Positions 17,717-28,391 of a stretch of DNA of 40,000 bases are shown here, piece by piece; position 1 is the stretch's first letter; every line of letters begins with the position of its first letter. The stretch comes from Pseudomonas baetica (GTDB lineage: Bacteria > Pseudomonadota > Gammaproteobacteria > Pseudomonadales > Pseudomonadaceae), in NCBI RefSeq assembly GCF_051216495.1, contig NZ_JBPKAM010000019.1, positions 1 through 40,000 of the forward strand. The letters run 5' to 3'. Below the pieces are notes generated by a model. The model made no database searches, was not told the origin of the DNA, and saw only the letters and a list, made by a program, of their open reading frames with translations. Both the position numbers and the translations under genes were made by a program.

Positions 17717-17759
17717 GTTTTCTGACCCCAAGATTCAACATTTGCAACTGGAGTGCTAA

Positions 17760-18098
17760 ATGAGCTTTTTTATCTCTAATGCCATGGCTGACGCTGCTGC
17801 ACCGGCAGCTGCAGCCCCAATGGGTGGCGGCTTTGAGTGGATTTTCCTGGTCGGTTTCCTGGTCATCTTCTACCTGATGATCTGGCGTCCACAGGCCAAA
17901 CGCGCCAAAGAGCAGAAGAATCTGCTGAGCAGCCTGCAAAAAGGCGACGAAGTTGTGACCACCGGCGGCATCGCTGGCAAGATCACCAAGGTTGCTGACG
18001 ATTTCGTCGTTCTGGAAGTGTCCGACACCGTCGAAATGAAGTTCCAGAAAGGCGCCATCGCCGCCACGCTGCCAAAAGGCACGCTGAAAGCGATCTAA
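17760..18098 (+). CDS. yajC: Preprotein translocase subunit YajC
   Basis: 112 aa with a single TM followed by RPQAKRAKEQKNLLSSLQKGDEVVTTGGIAGKI. Confidence 0.95.
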   Translation: MSFFISNAMADAAAPAAAAPMGGGFEWIFLVGFLVIFYLMIWRPQAKRAKEQKNLLSSLQKGDEVVTTGGIAGKITKVADDFVVLEVSDTVEMKFQKGAIAATLPKGTLKAI

Positions 18099-18161
18099 GT
18101 TTCAACTTCTACTCAATCGACGGGGCGCGCAAGGCGCCCCGCGTCATAAACGGGCGGCGTG

Positions 18162-20030
18162 ATGCTGAACAAATATCCTCTGTGGAAATACATTCTGATC
18201 CTGGCGGTGCTGGCGATCGGTCTGATTTATTCCGCTCCCAATCTGTATCCTGATGACCCGGCGATTCAAATCAGCGGCGCGAGCACTGCTTTGCAGGTCA
18301 ATCAGGCCGATCTCGATCGCGTGAGCACGGCGCTCAAGGAATCCGGGATCGACGTCAAGGCGGCTTCGCTGGCTGCCGGCGGCAAGGGCGGTCTGATTCG
18401 CCTGGTCAAGGCTGAAGATCAGTTGCCTGCCAAGGACGTTGTACGCAAGGCGTTGGGTGATGACTACGTCGTCGCGCTGAACCTGGCACAAACCACCCCG
18501 CAATGGCTGCGTAGCCTGGCCGCGCACCCGATGAAGCTGGGTCTGGACTTGTCCGGTGGTGTGCACTTCCTGCTGGAAGTGGACATGGAAAAAGCCCTCG
18601 ATGCACGCCTGAAAGTCTACGAAGGTGACGTCAAGAGCCTGTTGCGTAAAGAGAAACTGCGCTATCGCAGCCTGCCGCAACTGGGCGGTGCCATTCAGCT
18701 GGGCTTCGCCGATGAAGCGGCCCGCGAACAGGCCCGTACCATCATTCGCAAGAACTTCAACGATTTCGACATTGTTCCGGCCGACCTGAACGGTCAACCG
18801 GTGCTGCGTCTGGCGATGACCCCGGCCAAGCTGGCGGAAATCCGCGAATACTCCATCAAGCAGAACTTGACCACGGTCCGTAACCGCGTCAACGAGCTGG
18901 GTGTTGCCGAACCGATCGTCCAGCGTCAGGGCGCCAACCGCATCGTGGTTGAGCTGCCGGGCGTGCAGGACACCGCAGAAGCCAAGCGTATCCTCGGCAA
19001 GACGGCCAACCTGGAGTTCCGTCTGGCGGCCGAGCCGGGTGCTTCGAAAGCCACTTCCGAATCCTTCGAGTTCCGTGAAGGCAAGCGTCCTCCGGCTCTG
19101 ATCGAGCGCGGCCTGATCATCACCGGTGACCAGGTGACTGATGCCAAGGCTGGCTTCGGCGAACATGGCACCCCGGAAGTGAACATTCGTCTGGACGGCC
19201 ACGGCGGCGAGCTGATGAGTCGTGCGACCCGTTCGAACGTCGGTCGCAGCATGGCGGTGATCTTCATCGAGCAACGTCCTGTCACCACTTACACCAAGCA
19301 AGTGGTCGACGGCGTCGAAAAAGACGTGGCGGTTCAGTCGTTCAAGGAAGAGAAGAAGATCATCAGCCTGGCGACCATTCAGTCGCCGCTGGGTGCTCAG
19401 TTCCGTATCACCGGCCTGAACGGCCAGGGCGAGTCGTCCGAACTGGCGTTGCTGCTGCGTGCTGGTGGTCTGGCCGCACCGATGTACTTCGCTGAAGAGC
19501 GCACCATCGGCCCGAGCCTGGGTGCGGACAACATCGTCAAGGGTATCGATGCTTCGCTGTGGGGCATGCTGTTCGTCTCGCTGTTCATCATCGCCATCTA
19601 TCGCTTCTTCGGCATCATCGCCACCGTCGCGCTGGCGGTGAACATGGTGCTGCTGCTGGCCTTGATGTCGCTGTTGGGTGCCACGCTGACCCTGCCGGGT
19701 ATCGCCGGTATCGTGTTGACCATGGGTATGGCGGTCGACGCCAACGTACTGATCTTCTCGCGGATTCGTGAAGAAATCGCGGCAGGCATGAGCGTACAAC
19801 GGGCAATCAACGAAGGTTTCGGTCGCGCATTCACGGCGATTCTCGACGCCAACCTGACCACCTTGCTGGTGGGCGGGATCCTGTTTGCCATGGGTACAGG
19901 TCCGGTCAAGGGCTTCGCCGTGACCATGTCCCTCGGGGTTCTGACCTCGATGTTCACGGCCATCATGGTCACCCGCGCGATGGTCAACCTGATCTTCGGC
20001 GGTCGTGACTTCAAGAAGTTGTGGATTTAA
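18162..20030 (+). CDS. secD: Protein translocase subunit SecD
   Basis: MLNKYPLWKY... with a large periplasmic domain and a C-terminal 5-TM bundle. The ATG at 18162 is preferred over the adjacent GTG at 18159. Confidence 0.96.
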   Translation: MLNKYPLWKYILILAVLAIGLIYSAPNLYPDDPAIQISGASTALQVNQADLDRVSTALKESGIDVKAASLAAGGKGGLIRLVKAEDQLPAKDVVRKALGDDYVVALNLAQTTPQWLRSLAAHPMKLGLDLSGGVHFLLEVDMEKALDARLKVYEGDVKSLLRKEKLRYRSLPQLGGAIQLGFADEAAREQARTIIRKNFNDFDIVPADLNGQPVLRLAMTPAKLAEIREYSIKQNLTTVRNRVNELGVAEPIVQRQGANRIVVELPGVQDTAEAKRILGKTANLEFRLAAEPGASKATSESFEFREGKRPPALIERGLIITGDQVTDAKAGFGEHGTPEVNIRLDGHGGELMSRATRSNVGRSMAVIFIEQRPVTTYTKQVVDGVEKDVAVQSFKEEKKIISLATIQSPLGAQFRITGLNGQGESSELALLLRAGGLAAPMYFAEERTIGPSLGADNIVKGIDASLWGMLFVSLFIIAIYRFFGIIATVALAVNMVLLLALMSLLGATLTLPGIAGIVLTMGMAVDANVLIFSRIREEIAAGMSVQRAINEGFGRAFTAILDANLTTLLVGGILFAMGTGPVKGFAVTMSLGVLTSMFTAIMVTRAMVNLIFGGRDFKKLWI

Positions 20031-20039
20031 GGGGCTGCC

Positions 20040-20954
20040 ATGTTACGTACAATCAACTTCATGGGCGTTCGCAACTTCGCGTTCGGCGTCACATTGTTCC
20101 TTACCGCGCTGGCAATTTTCAGCGTCTTCCATAAGGGCATGAACTGGGGCCTGGACTTCACCGGCGGTACGCTCATCGAGCTGACCTACGAGCGTCCGGC
20201 CGATGTCACCAAGGTGCGTGAGCAGCTGGTGACCGCGGGTTATCACGAGGCTATCGTGCAGAACTTCGGTGCAACCACCGACCTGCTGGTGCGTATGCCG
20301 GGTGAAGATCCTCAATTGGGTCACCAGGTGGCTGACGCGCTGCAGAAGGTCGGCGGCGAGAACCCGGCGACCGTCAAGCGCGTGGAGTTCGTCGGCCCGC
20401 AGGTGGGTGAAGAGCTGCGCGACCAGGGCGGCCTCGGCATGCTGATGGCGCTGGGCGGTATCCTGATCTACCTGGCGTTCCGCTTTCAGTGGAAGTTCGC
20501 TGTCGGTGCCATCGTTTCGCTGATCCACGACGTGATCGTGACCATTGGTATCCTGTCGTTCTTCCAGATCACCTTCGACCTGACGGTGCTGGCGGCGGTA
20601 CTGGCGATCATCGGTTACTCGCTCAACGACACCATCGTGGTATTCGACCGGGTTCGCGAGAACTTCCGCGTACTGCGCAAGGCCAGCCTGATCGAGAACA
20701 TCAACATCTCGACCACGCAAACCCTGCTGCGGACCATCGCGACCTCGGTGTCCACCTTGCTGGCGATCCTGGCGCTGCTGTTCTTCGGTGGCGACAACCT
20801 GCACGGTTTCTCCCTGGCGTTGCTGGTGGGTGTTCTGGCGGGTACTTACTCGTCGATCTACATCGCCAACGTGGTGCTGATCTGGCTGAATCTGAGCTCC
20901 GAAGACCTGATTCCTCCGGTCAATACTGAGAAGGAAGTCGACGACCGTCCTTGA
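20040..20954 (+). CDS. secF: Protein translocase subunit SecF
   Basis: 304 aa, 9 nt after secD, with the typical SecF TM pattern (GYSLNDTIVVFDRVREN). Confidence 0.96.
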   Translation: MLRTINFMGVRNFAFGVTLFLTALAIFSVFHKGMNWGLDFTGGTLIELTYERPADVTKVREQLVTAGYHEAIVQNFGATTDLLVRMPGEDPQLGHQVADALQKVGGENPATVKRVEFVGPQVGEELRDQGGLGMLMALGGILIYLAFRFQWKFAVGAIVSLIHDVIVTIGILSFFQITFDLTVLAAVLAIIGYSLNDTIVVFDRVRENFRVLRKASLIENINISTTQTLLRTIATSVSTLLAILALLFFGGDNLHGFSLALLVGVLAGTYSSIYIANVVLIWLNLSSEDLIPPVNTEKEVDDRP

Positions 20955-20987
20955 AGGAAGTTTCTCTCCGAGGCGTAGTCCAAAAAA

Positions 20988-21016
20988 GGCGCGAGTTGAA
21001 CTCGCGCCTTTTTTTA
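20988..21016 (+). terminator. Intrinsic terminator after secF
   Basis: GGCGCGAGTT-GAACTCGCGCC followed by T7. Confidence 0.85.
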
Positions 21017-21074
21017 TGCTCCAAGGCTGGGAGAAGCGCGGGTTTATCCCGCATGAGATGGTCAGGAGGTTCAT

Positions 21075-21626
21075 GTGAACAAGTCGATGCTGGTTGGTGC
21101 TGTGCTGGGTGCTGTCGGTGTGACTGCCGGAGGCGCTTTTGCCACCTACAGCCTGGTTAAAAAAAGCGGTCCAGAGTATGCGCAAGTACTCGCCGTTGAA
21201 CCGGTCAAGACACAAATCAAGACTCCACGTGAAGTGTGCAAGGATGTCGCGGTCACCCGGCAAGCGCCGGTGAAAGATCAGCACCAGATCGCCGGTACGG
21301 TGGTTGGTGCATTGGCTGGTGGTCTGCTGGGTAACCAGATCGGCGGCGGTACCGGCAAGAAAATTGCCACGGTGGCGGGCGCGGTCGGTGGTGGCTATGC
21401 CGGCAACAAGGTTCAGGAGGGCATGCAGGAGCGTGACACCTACACCACGACTGAGACCCGTTGCAATACGGTGAATGACATCAGTGACAAGGTCGTGGGT
21501 TACGACGTGCGGTATTCGCTGGACGGTAAAGAGGGGAAAGTGCGAATGGATCGCGATCCTGGTAACCAGATTCCGGTGGATAAAGAGGGGCAGCTGATCC
21601 TCTCGAATAATGATCAGGCACATTGA
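21075..21626 (+). CDS. Glycine-zipper 2TM domain protein (17-kDa-antigen/YcfJ-like)
   Basis: GTG start 5 nt after AGGAGG. N-terminal signal/anchor, then AGTVVGALAGGLLGNQIGGGTGKKIATVAGAVGGGYAGNKV (glycine zipper). Confidence 0.8.
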   Translation: MNKSMLVGAVLGAVGVTAGGAFATYSLVKKSGPEYAQVLAVEPVKTQIKTPREVCKDVAVTRQAPVKDQHQIAGTVVGALAGGLLGNQIGGGTGKKIATVAGAVGGGYAGNKVQEGMQERDTYTTTETRCNTVNDISDKVVGYDVRYSLDGKEGKVRMDRDPGNQIPVDKEGQLILSNNDQAH

Positions 21627-21649
21627 GCCGCTGAAACCAGTTCAAAAAG

Positions 21650-21674
21650 AAGCACCCTGCGGGGTGCTTTTTTG
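21650..21674 (+). terminator. Intrinsic terminator
   Basis: AGCACCC-TGC-GGGGTGCT followed by T6. Confidence 0.8.
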
Positions 21675-21707
21675 TGCCTGGTGAATTGTAATTCGCCAGC
21701 AATCCTT

Positions 21708-21729
21708 GTGGGAGCGAGCCTGCTCGCGA
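21708..21729 (+). repeat. Single REP element
   Basis: Exact GTGGGAGCGAGCCTGCTCGCGA. Confidence 0.85.
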
Positions 21730-21762
21730 AGACGTCAGTTCAGTCAGCACAAATCGCCAGGA

Positions 21763-22155
21763 TCACCCTCGCGACTCAACCCCCAACTCATCCCACACCG
21801 ACTCCGCCAGGTGGAACGTCGCGTTGGCCGCCGGAATCCCGCAGTAGATCGCGCTTTGCATGATCACTTCCTTGATCTCGCCACGGCTCACGCCGTTGTT
21901 GGCGGCGGCGCGCAGGTGCAGTTTGAGTTCCCCTTCGCGGTTCATGCCGATCAGCATGGCGATGGTGATCAGGCTGCGGGTGTGGCGCGGCAGGCCCGGG
22001 CGGGTCCAGATGTCACCCCAGGCGTGGCGGGTGATCATTTCCTGGAACTCCGAGTTGAACTCGGTCAGGGTGGTCAGGCTGCGGTCGACGTGTGCATCGC
22101 CCAGTACAGCGCGACGAACGCTCATGCCCTCGTCGTAACGTTGTTTCTCGTCCAC
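21763..22155 (-). CDS. pcaC: 4-carboxymuconolactone decarboxylase
   Basis: 130 aa, MDEKQRYDEGMSVRRAVLGDAHVD... (CMD family). Last gene of pcaTBDC. Confidence 0.9.
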   Translation of the reverse strand: MDEKQRYDEGMSVRRAVLGDAHVDRSLTTLTEFNSEFQEMITRHAWGDIWTRPGLPRHTRSLITIAMLIGMNREGELKLHLRAAANNGVSRGEIKEVIMQSAIYCGIPAANATFHLAESVWDELGVESRG

Positions 22156-22164
22156 GGGTTGTCC

Positions 22165-22956
22165 TCAACGAGCCTTCAGGAAGGCCAGCACGCGTTCGCT
22201 GAAAGCGTTGCCGGCCTGAACGTTGGACAGGTGCGCGGCATAGAACTCGGCGTACTCGGCGCCCGGCACATGCTCCTGAATGAAGTGCCCGCCGGACGGT
22301 GGCGTGACGGCATCCTGAGCGCCAGCGATCACCAGCAGCGGCGCCTTGATCGAGGACAATTGGTCGCGGAAATCGGCGTCGCGCACCGCCGCGCAATTGG
22401 CCGCGTAGCCTTCAGGCGAAGTGGCCGCCAGCATGTCGGTGATCTGCTTGGCCGCTGCCGGATTGGCTTCGGAGAAGTCCGGGGTGAACCAGCGCGCAAT
22501 CGATGCATCGCGCAAGGCAACCATGGCCGCCGGACCATCGCGCAGTACGGTTTCGATGCGTGGGTTCCAGATCGACGGATCGCCAATTTTCGCCGCGGTG
22601 TTGCAGACGATCAGTTTGTTCAGGCGTTCACCGGCGTTGATGCCCAGCCATTGGCCGATCAGCCCGCCCATGGACAGACCGCAGAAATGCGCACGATCGA
22701 TGTGCAGCGCATCCAGCAGCGCCAGCACGTCGCGGCCCAGTTGTTCGATGCTGTAAGGCCCTGGTGTCACCAGCGATTGGCCGTGGCCACGGGTGTCGAA
22801 GCGCAGCACGCGGAAATGCTCGCTGAACGCCGGAATTTGCGCATCCCACATGTGCAGGTCGGTGCCCAGGGAGTTGGACAGCACCAGCACCGGCGCATCC
22901 ACCGGGCCGTCTATTTGGTAATGCAGTTCGCCATCGGCGAGTTGTACGAAAGCCAC
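22165..22956 (-). CDS. pcaD: 3-oxoadipate enol-lactonase
   Basis: 263-aa alpha/beta hydrolase with the GLSMGG nucleophile elbow, located between pcaB and pcaC. Confidence 0.9.
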   Translation of the reverse strand: MAFVQLADGELHYQIDGPVDAPVLVLSNSLGTDLHMWDAQIPAFSEHFRVLRFDTRGHGQSLVTPGPYSIEQLGRDVLALLDALHIDRAHFCGLSMGGLIGQWLGINAGERLNKLIVCNTAAKIGDPSIWNPRIETVLRDGPAAMVALRDASIARWFTPDFSEANPAAAKQITDMLAATSPEGYAANCAAVRDADFRDQLSSIKAPLLVIAGAQDAVTPPSGGHFIQEHVPGAEYAEFYAAHLSNVQAGNAFSERVLAFLKAR

Positions 22957-22967
22957 AGCAGTCTCCT

Positions 22968-24332
22968 TCAGGCAGTCAATGCAGAATGTTCAGCCACCGC
23001 ACGCTCGACCCAGGTACGGGCCTGGCCGAGATAATGAGCGGGGTCCAACAGATGATCGAGTTCGTCCGCCGCCAGTTCGGCGGTCACTTGCGGCTCGTCG
23101 CCGAGCACCGCGCGCAGATGACGCTGTTCGGCCACGGCGCGTTTGCAGCATTGCTCCAGCAGGTGATGCGCGGTGTCGCGCCCGACCCGTTGAGCCAGCA
23201 CGATGCTCACCGCTTCGGCGAGTACCAGGCCTTGAGTCAAATCCAGATTGCGGGACATGCGCTCGGCATCCACTTCCAAGCCGCCGGCCACCAGCAGCGC
23301 CTGCTTCAGGCTGCCGGACACCAGGCAGCAAATCTCCGGCAGAGTCTCCCACTCGGCATGCCACAACCCAAGGCTGCGCTCGTGCTCTTGAGGCATGGCG
23401 CTGAACAGTGTGGAGAGCAGACCGGGAACACGGGTCGCTGCGCCGATCAATACCGCTGCGCCGACCGGATTGCGTTTATGCGGCATGGTCGAGGAACCGC
23501 CCTTGCCCGGTGCCGAGGGTTCGAACACTTCACCCGCTTCGGTTTGCATCAACAGGCTGATGTCGCGACCGAGTTTTCCCAAACTGCCGGCGATCAAGCC
23601 CAGAACAGAGCCGAACTCCACCAGACGATCACGCTGGGTATGCCAGGGCTGATCGGGCAAGGTCAGTTGCAGTTCTTCGGCCAGTGCTTGGGCAATCGGC
23701 ATCGCCTTGTCACCGAGGGCCGCGAGGGTGCCGGAAGCGCCGCCGAACTGCAGCACCAGCAGACGCGGCTTGAGTTCGAGCAAACGCTGGCGACTGCGAG
23801 TCACCGCCCCCAGCCACCCGGCAATCTTCATGCCGAGGGTGACCGGTGTCGCATGTTGCAGCCAGGTACGTCCGGCCAATGGCGTGGCCACATAACGTTG
23901 AGCCTGGGTGGCGAGGGTTTGGCCCAGTTGCGCCAGATCGTTGTCGATCAGCTCCAGCGCCCGGCGCAGTTGCAGCACCAGACCGCTGTCCATCACGTCC
24001 TGACTGGTTGCTCCCAGATGCACATAGCGTTCGGCCTCTGCATCCTTGGTCGCGATCTGCTTGCCCAACGCCTTGACCAGCGGAATCGCCGAGTTGCCGG
24101 CGGTGGCAATCGCGTCGCCGAGAGCGGCAAAGTCGAAATGTCCGGCCTGGCAGGCCGCTTCAATCGGCGCCACGGCGCTGTGCGGAATCAAACCGACCCG
24201 CGCTTCGGCCCGGGCCAGTGCCGCCTCGAAATCGAGCATGGCCTGGACGCGGCCCTGATCGCAGAACACGTCGCGCATATCGCGGGCAGTGAAATAGGCA
24301 TCGAACAATTGATTGCCCGGTCGCTCGTTCAT
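22968..24332 (-). CDS. pcaB: 3-carboxy-cis,cis-muconate cycloisomerase
   Basis: 454 aa, fumarase/lyase class II fold with GSSTMPHKRNP. Confidence 0.92.
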   Translation of the reverse strand: MNERPGNQLFDAYFTARDMRDVFCDQGRVQAMLDFEAALARAEARVGLIPHSAVAPIEAACQAGHFDFAALGDAIATAGNSAIPLVKALGKQIATKDAEAERYVHLGATSQDVMDSGLVLQLRRALELIDNDLAQLGQTLATQAQRYVATPLAGRTWLQHATPVTLGMKIAGWLGAVTRSRQRLLELKPRLLVLQFGGASGTLAALGDKAMPIAQALAEELQLTLPDQPWHTQRDRLVEFGSVLGLIAGSLGKLGRDISLLMQTEAGEVFEPSAPGKGGSSTMPHKRNPVGAAVLIGAATRVPGLLSTLFSAMPQEHERSLGLWHAEWETLPEICCLVSGSLKQALLVAGGLEVDAERMSRNLDLTQGLVLAEAVSIVLAQRVGRDTAHHLLEQCCKRAVAEQRHLRAVLGDEPQVTAELAADELDHLLDPAHYLGQARTWVERAVAEHSALTA

Positions 24333-24377
24333 AAACAGTCCCTGGAGGCGCGGGCCGCTTGGGCCCGCGTGTGTGGA

Positions 24378-25682
24378 TCAAAGGTCGTTTTCTAGATACT
24401 TCGCCTGTTTGGGCAGACGCAGGCTGAACAGGAACGCTATTGCCATCATCACCGTCACGTACCAGTAGAAGGAGTTTTCCATACCCACGGCCTTGAGGCT
24501 CAACGCTACATATTCTGCCGAACCGCCGAAGATCGCATTCGCCACCGCATACGCCAGGCCGACGCCCAGGGCGCGCACTTCTGGTGGGAACATTTCGGCT
24601 TTTACCAGGCCACTGATCGATGTGTAGAAACTGACAATCGCCAGCGCCAGGGTAATCAGCACGAAGGCCAGGAACGGACTGGTGACGCTTTTCAGGCTGA
24701 GCAGAATCGGCACGGTGCACAGCGTGCCGAGTGCGCCAAACCACAACATCGAGTTCCGGCGGCCGATCTTGTCCGAGAGCATGCCGAAAATCGGCTGCAT
24801 GCACATATAAAGGAAGAGCGCGCCGGTCATGATGTAGCTGGCGGTCTTGGCTTGCATGCCGGCGGTGTTCACCAGGTACTTCTGCATATAAGTGGTGAAG
24901 GTGTAGAAAATCAGCGAACCACCGGCGGTGTAACCCAGCACGGTAATGAACGCAGCCTTATGATCGCGGAACAGCGCACTGATGCTGCCAGCGTCCTTGC
25001 TCTCGCGCATTTCCTTGCTCGTGGTTTCTTTCAGCGAGCGACGCAGGTACAGCGAAATCAACGCCGCACACGCACCGACTACAAATGGAATCCGCCAACC
25101 GTAGGCACGCAGGTCATCCTCGGTGAGGAACTGCTGCAAGATCACCACCAGCGACACCGCCAGCAACTGTCCGCCAATCAGCGTCACGTATTGGAACGAC
25201 GCGAAGAAACCGCGCTGGCCCTTGAGCGCGACTTCGCTCATGTAGGTCGCTGTAGTGCCGTACTCGCCCCCCACCGACAGGCCCTGGAGCAAGCGGGCGA
25301 ACAACAGCAGGATCGGCGCCCAGACCCCGATGCTGGCGTAGGTCGGCAGGCAGGCAATCAGCAGCGAGCCGAAACACATCATCAGAATCGAGATCAACAT
25401 CGAATTCTTGCGCCCGTGCTTGTCCGCCAAACGGCCGAAGATCCAGCCGCCAATCGGTCGCATCAGGAACCCGGCGGCAAACACGCCAGCCGTGTTTACC
25501 AGCTGTACCGTGGGGTTATCGGACGGGAAAAAGGCCGGCGCGAAATAGATCGCACAGAAGGCATAAACGTAGAAATCGAACCATTCGACGAGGTTGCCGG
25601 ACGATGCACCGACAATGGCAAAAATCCGTTTGCTGCGCTCTTCGCCGGTATAAAGCGCGGGTGTAGCGGTTGGCGTTGTCAT
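24378..25682 (-). CDS. pcaT: MFS metabolite:H+ symporter-family dicarboxylate transporter
   Basis: [14 protein letters not shown] is typical of the MHS (KgtP/ProP-like) family. Its position upstream of pcaBDC matches P. putida pcaT. The start is taken at MTTPTATP (25682). Confidence 0.82.
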   Translation of the reverse strand: MTTPTATPALYTGEERSKRIFAIVGASSGNLVEWFDFYVYAFCAIYFAPAFFPSDNPTVQLVNTAGVFAAGFLMRPIGGWIFGRLADKHGRKNSMLISILMMCFGSLLIACLPTYASIGVWAPILLLFARLLQGLSVGGEYGTTATYMSEVALKGQRGFFASFQYVTLIGGQLLAVSLVVILQQFLTEDDLRAYGWRIPFVVGACAALISLYLRRSLKETTSKEMRESKDAGSISALFRDHKAAFITVLGYTAGGSLIFYTFTTYMQKYLVNTAGMQAKTASYIMTGALFLYMCMQPIFGMLSDKIGRRNSMLWFGALGTLCTVPILLSLKSVTSPFLAFVLITLALAIVSFYTSISGLVKAEMFPPEVRALGVGLAYAVANAIFGGSAEYVALSLKAVGMENSFYWYVTVMMAIAFLFSLRLPKQAKYLENDL

Positions 25683-25771
25683 TGTTTTTTCACTCAATGG
25701 GGACAGTGAGAGTCTAGACACACTTTGCAACAGTCCCGTTCCACAGATCCATCAGCAACACGATTCCCCTT

Positions 25772-25859
25772 GTGGGAGCGAGCCTGCTCGCGAATGCGGT
25801 ATGTCAGTCGACATATTTGTTGTCTGACACTACGTCATCGCGAGCAGGCTCGCTCCTAC
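25772..25859. repeat. REP doublet (REPIN-like)
   Basis: Forward copy at 25772-25793 and inverted copy at 25838-25859 (1 mismatch), lying between pcaG and pcaT. Confidence 0.85.
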
Positions 25860-25876
25860 AGGGTTTTGCGATGTTC

Positions 25877-26443
25877 TCAGTAATCGAAGAACACCGTCTC
25901 CGCATCGGTGCCCTGCAGAATCACATTCCACTGGTAAACACCGCTCGCATCTTTTTTCGCCAGCAAGGTGCCACGACGCTCGGCCGGTACGCATTCGAGC
26001 AACGGATCGTTGACGTTGGCCGGCTCGCCCTCGAAGTAAATCCGCGTCATCAGGTGTTTCACCAGGCCACGGGCGAACACCAGCACCACCAGATGCGGGG
26101 CCTGGGTCGTGCCTTTGAGGCCCTCGACCGTGCCCGGCTTGATCGTGGTGAAACGGAAACGCCCTTCGGCATCCACTGGCACCCGACCAAAGCCTTCGAA
26201 GTTCGGATCAAGGGGCTTGTCCTGATCGTCTTCCGGGTGGTCGTATTTGCCGGCGGCGTTGGCCTGCCAGACTTCCAGCATCGCGTCGTTGACGATATCG
26301 CCGTTGCCATCGACCACTTGCCCGGTGATCGCCACGCGTTCGCCCAGGGTTTGCTCGACGGTCAGGTTTTCGCGGTTCAGCCAGGTCAGCCCGATGTGGT
26401 AGTAGGGTCCGACGGTGTGGGACGTGGTCGCTGTCAGCGTCAT
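25877..26443 (-). CDS. pcaG: Protocatechuate 3,4-dioxygenase alpha subunit
   Basis: MTLTATTSHTVGPYYHIGL ... ETVFFDY, co-linear with P. putida PcaG. The ATG at 26443 is 1 nt after the pcaH stop. Confidence 0.9.
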   Translation of the reverse strand: MTLTATTSHTVGPYYHIGLTWLNRENLTVEQTLGERVAITGQVVDGNGDIVNDAMLEVWQANAAGKYDHPEDDQDKPLDPNFEGFGRVPVDAEGRFRFTTIKPGTVEGLKGTTQAPHLVVLVFARGLVKHLMTRIYFEGEPANVNDPLLECVPAERRGTLLAKKDASGVYQWNVILQGTDAETVFFDY

Positions 26444-26444
26444 C

Positions 26445-27149
26445 TTATTTCTCCATCGGCGTGGCATCGCGGCCGCGCAATACGATGTCCCAGCGATAAC
26501 CGAGGGCATAGGAAGGGATGGTTTTTTCCAGGTCGAAGCTGGCGATCAAGCGCTCTTTGGCGCTGGTATCAGGTACGCAGTTGTAGATCGGGTCGTACGC
26601 CAACAGCGGATCGCCCGGGAAATACATCTGGGTGACCAGGCGCGTCAGGATGCTCGGCCCGAACAGCGAGAAATGGATATGCGCCGGACGCCAGGCGTTG
26701 TGGTGGTTACCCCACGGATAAGCGCCGGGCTTGATGGTCTGGAACTGATACCAGCCATCAGCGTCGGTCACGGTACGGCCGGTGCCGGTGAAGTTCGGGT
26801 CCAGCGGCGCGTCGTGCAGGTCGCGGGCATGGGCGTAGCGACCGGCAGCGTTTGCCTGCCAGATCTCCACCAGAATGCCTGGCACCGGCAAACCGTTTTC
26901 ATCCAGCACGCGGCCATGGATGATGATGCGCTCGCCCTGAGGCTGCCCTTCGTGCTGGGCAGTCAGGTCGTTGTCCTTCTCATTGACGCGCTCGGCGCCA
27001 ATGGTCGGACCGGTGATTTCCGACAACGAATGCGGCAGGAACACCAACGGCTTGGACGGCGAGCGCAGGTTGGTGGATTGGTAAGCCGGGTGCAGATACT
27101 CGGGCTGGGTGCCTTCCTGCGGGCGACGGTAACCAGGCTTGTCAGTCAT
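26445..27149 (-). CDS. pcaH: Protocatechuate 3,4-dioxygenase beta subunit
   Basis: EIWQANAAGRYAH...WRPAHIHFSLFG (iron ligands). ATG at 27149 with GAGGAAA upstream. Confidence 0.92.
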   Translation of the reverse strand: MTDKPGYRRPQEGTQPEYLHPAYQSTNLRSPSKPLVFLPHSLSEITGPTIGAERVNEKDNDLTAQHEGQPQGERIIIHGRVLDENGLPVPGILVEIWQANAAGRYAHARDLHDAPLDPNFTGTGRTVTDADGWYQFQTIKPGAYPWGNHHNAWRPAHIHFSLFGPSILTRLVTQMYFPGDPLLAYDPIYNCVPDTSAKERLIASFDLEKTIPSYALGYRWDIVLRGRDATPMEK

Positions 27150-27188
27150 GAACACTTTCCTCAGTTCTTATCAGTCTTTTCGAGCGCG

Positions 27189-28391
27189 TCAGACGCGCTC
27201 GATCGCCAAGGCCAGACCCTGACCGACACCGACGCACATGGTCGCCAGACCTTTCTTGCCACCGGTTTTTTCCAGTTGGTGCAGTGCCGTCAGCACCAGA
27301 CGCGCACCGCTCATGCCCAGCGGGTGACCCAAGGCAATGGCGCCACCGTTCGGGTTGACCTGAGGCGCGTCGTCGGCAATACCCAGTTCACGCAGCACCG
27401 CCAGGCCCTGGCTGGCGAAGGCTTCGTTGAGTTCGATTACATCGAAATCACTGACCGCCACACCCAGGCGTTCGGTCAACTTGCGCACCGCCGGGACCGG
27501 GCCGATGCCCATCACCCGTGGTGCCACACCGGCGCTGGCCATGCCCAGCACTTTGGCGCGCGGGGTCAGGCCGTGTTTTTTCACCGCTTCGGCCGAGGCC
27601 AGGATCAGCGCGGCCGCGCCGTCGTTCACGCCCGACGCGTTGCCAGCGGTGACGGTTTTGTCCGGGCCGTTGACCGGCTTGAGTTTAGTCAGGGCTTCCA
27701 GGGTGGTGTCAGCGCGCGGATGTTCGTCCTGGCTGACCACGGTTTCACCCTTTTTGTGGGCAATGCGCACTTCGACGATTTCTTCGGCGAAGAAGCCAGC
27801 GGCCTGGGCGACGGCGGTGCGTTGCTGGCTGCGCAGGGCGAAGGCGTCCTGGTCGGCGCGAGAGACTTTGTAATCATCGGCGACGTTGTCAGCGGTCTGC
27901 GGCATCGCATCCACGCCGTACTGGGCTTTCATCAACGGGTTGATAAAGCGCCAGCCGATGGTGGTGTCTTCCAGTTTCATGTTGCGTGAGAACGCAGCGT
28001 CTGCCTTGCCCATCACGAACGGTGCGCGGGACATCGACTCGACGCCGCCGGCTATCGCCAGCTCCATTTCGCCGCTGGCGATGGCGCGAAACGCCGTGCC
28101 GATGGCGTCCATGCCCGAAGCGCAGAGGCGATTGAGGGTGACGCCAGGAATGGTGTCCGGCAGCCCGGCCAGCAGCAGCGCCATGCGCGCCACGTTGCGG
28201 TTGTCTTCACCGGCCTGGTTGGCGCAGCCGAGGAACACCTCGTCCACCGCCGTCCAGTCCACCGACGGGTTGCGCTCTATCAACGCCTTGATCGGCACGG
28301 CGGCCAGGTCATCGGCACGAACCGTCGACAGGCCACCGCCGAAGCGGCCGATGGGGGTGCGAATCGCGTCGCAGATATAAACGTCACGCAT
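27189..28391 (-). CDS. pcaF: Beta-ketoadipyl-CoA thiolase
   Basis: MRDVYICDAIRTPIGRFGG, active-site NRLCASG and the C-terminal thiolase signature. The ATG overlaps the pcaJ stop by 1 nt. Confidence 0.93.
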   Translation of the reverse strand: MRDVYICDAIRTPIGRFGGGLSTVRADDLAAVPIKALIERNPSVDWTAVDEVFLGCANQAGEDNRNVARMALLLAGLPDTIPGVTLNRLCASGMDAIGTAFRAIASGEMELAIAGGVESMSRAPFVMGKADAAFSRNMKLEDTTIGWRFINPLMKAQYGVDAMPQTADNVADDYKVSRADQDAFALRSQQRTAVAQAAGFFAEEIVEVRIAHKKGETVVSQDEHPRADTTLEALTKLKPVNGPDKTVTAGNASGVNDGAAALILASAEAVKKHGLTPRAKVLGMASAGVAPRVMGIGPVPAVRKLTERLGVAVSDFDVIELNEAFASQGLAVLRELGIADDAPQVNPNGGAIALGHPLGMSGARLVLTALHQLEKTGGKKGLATMCVGVGQGLALAIERV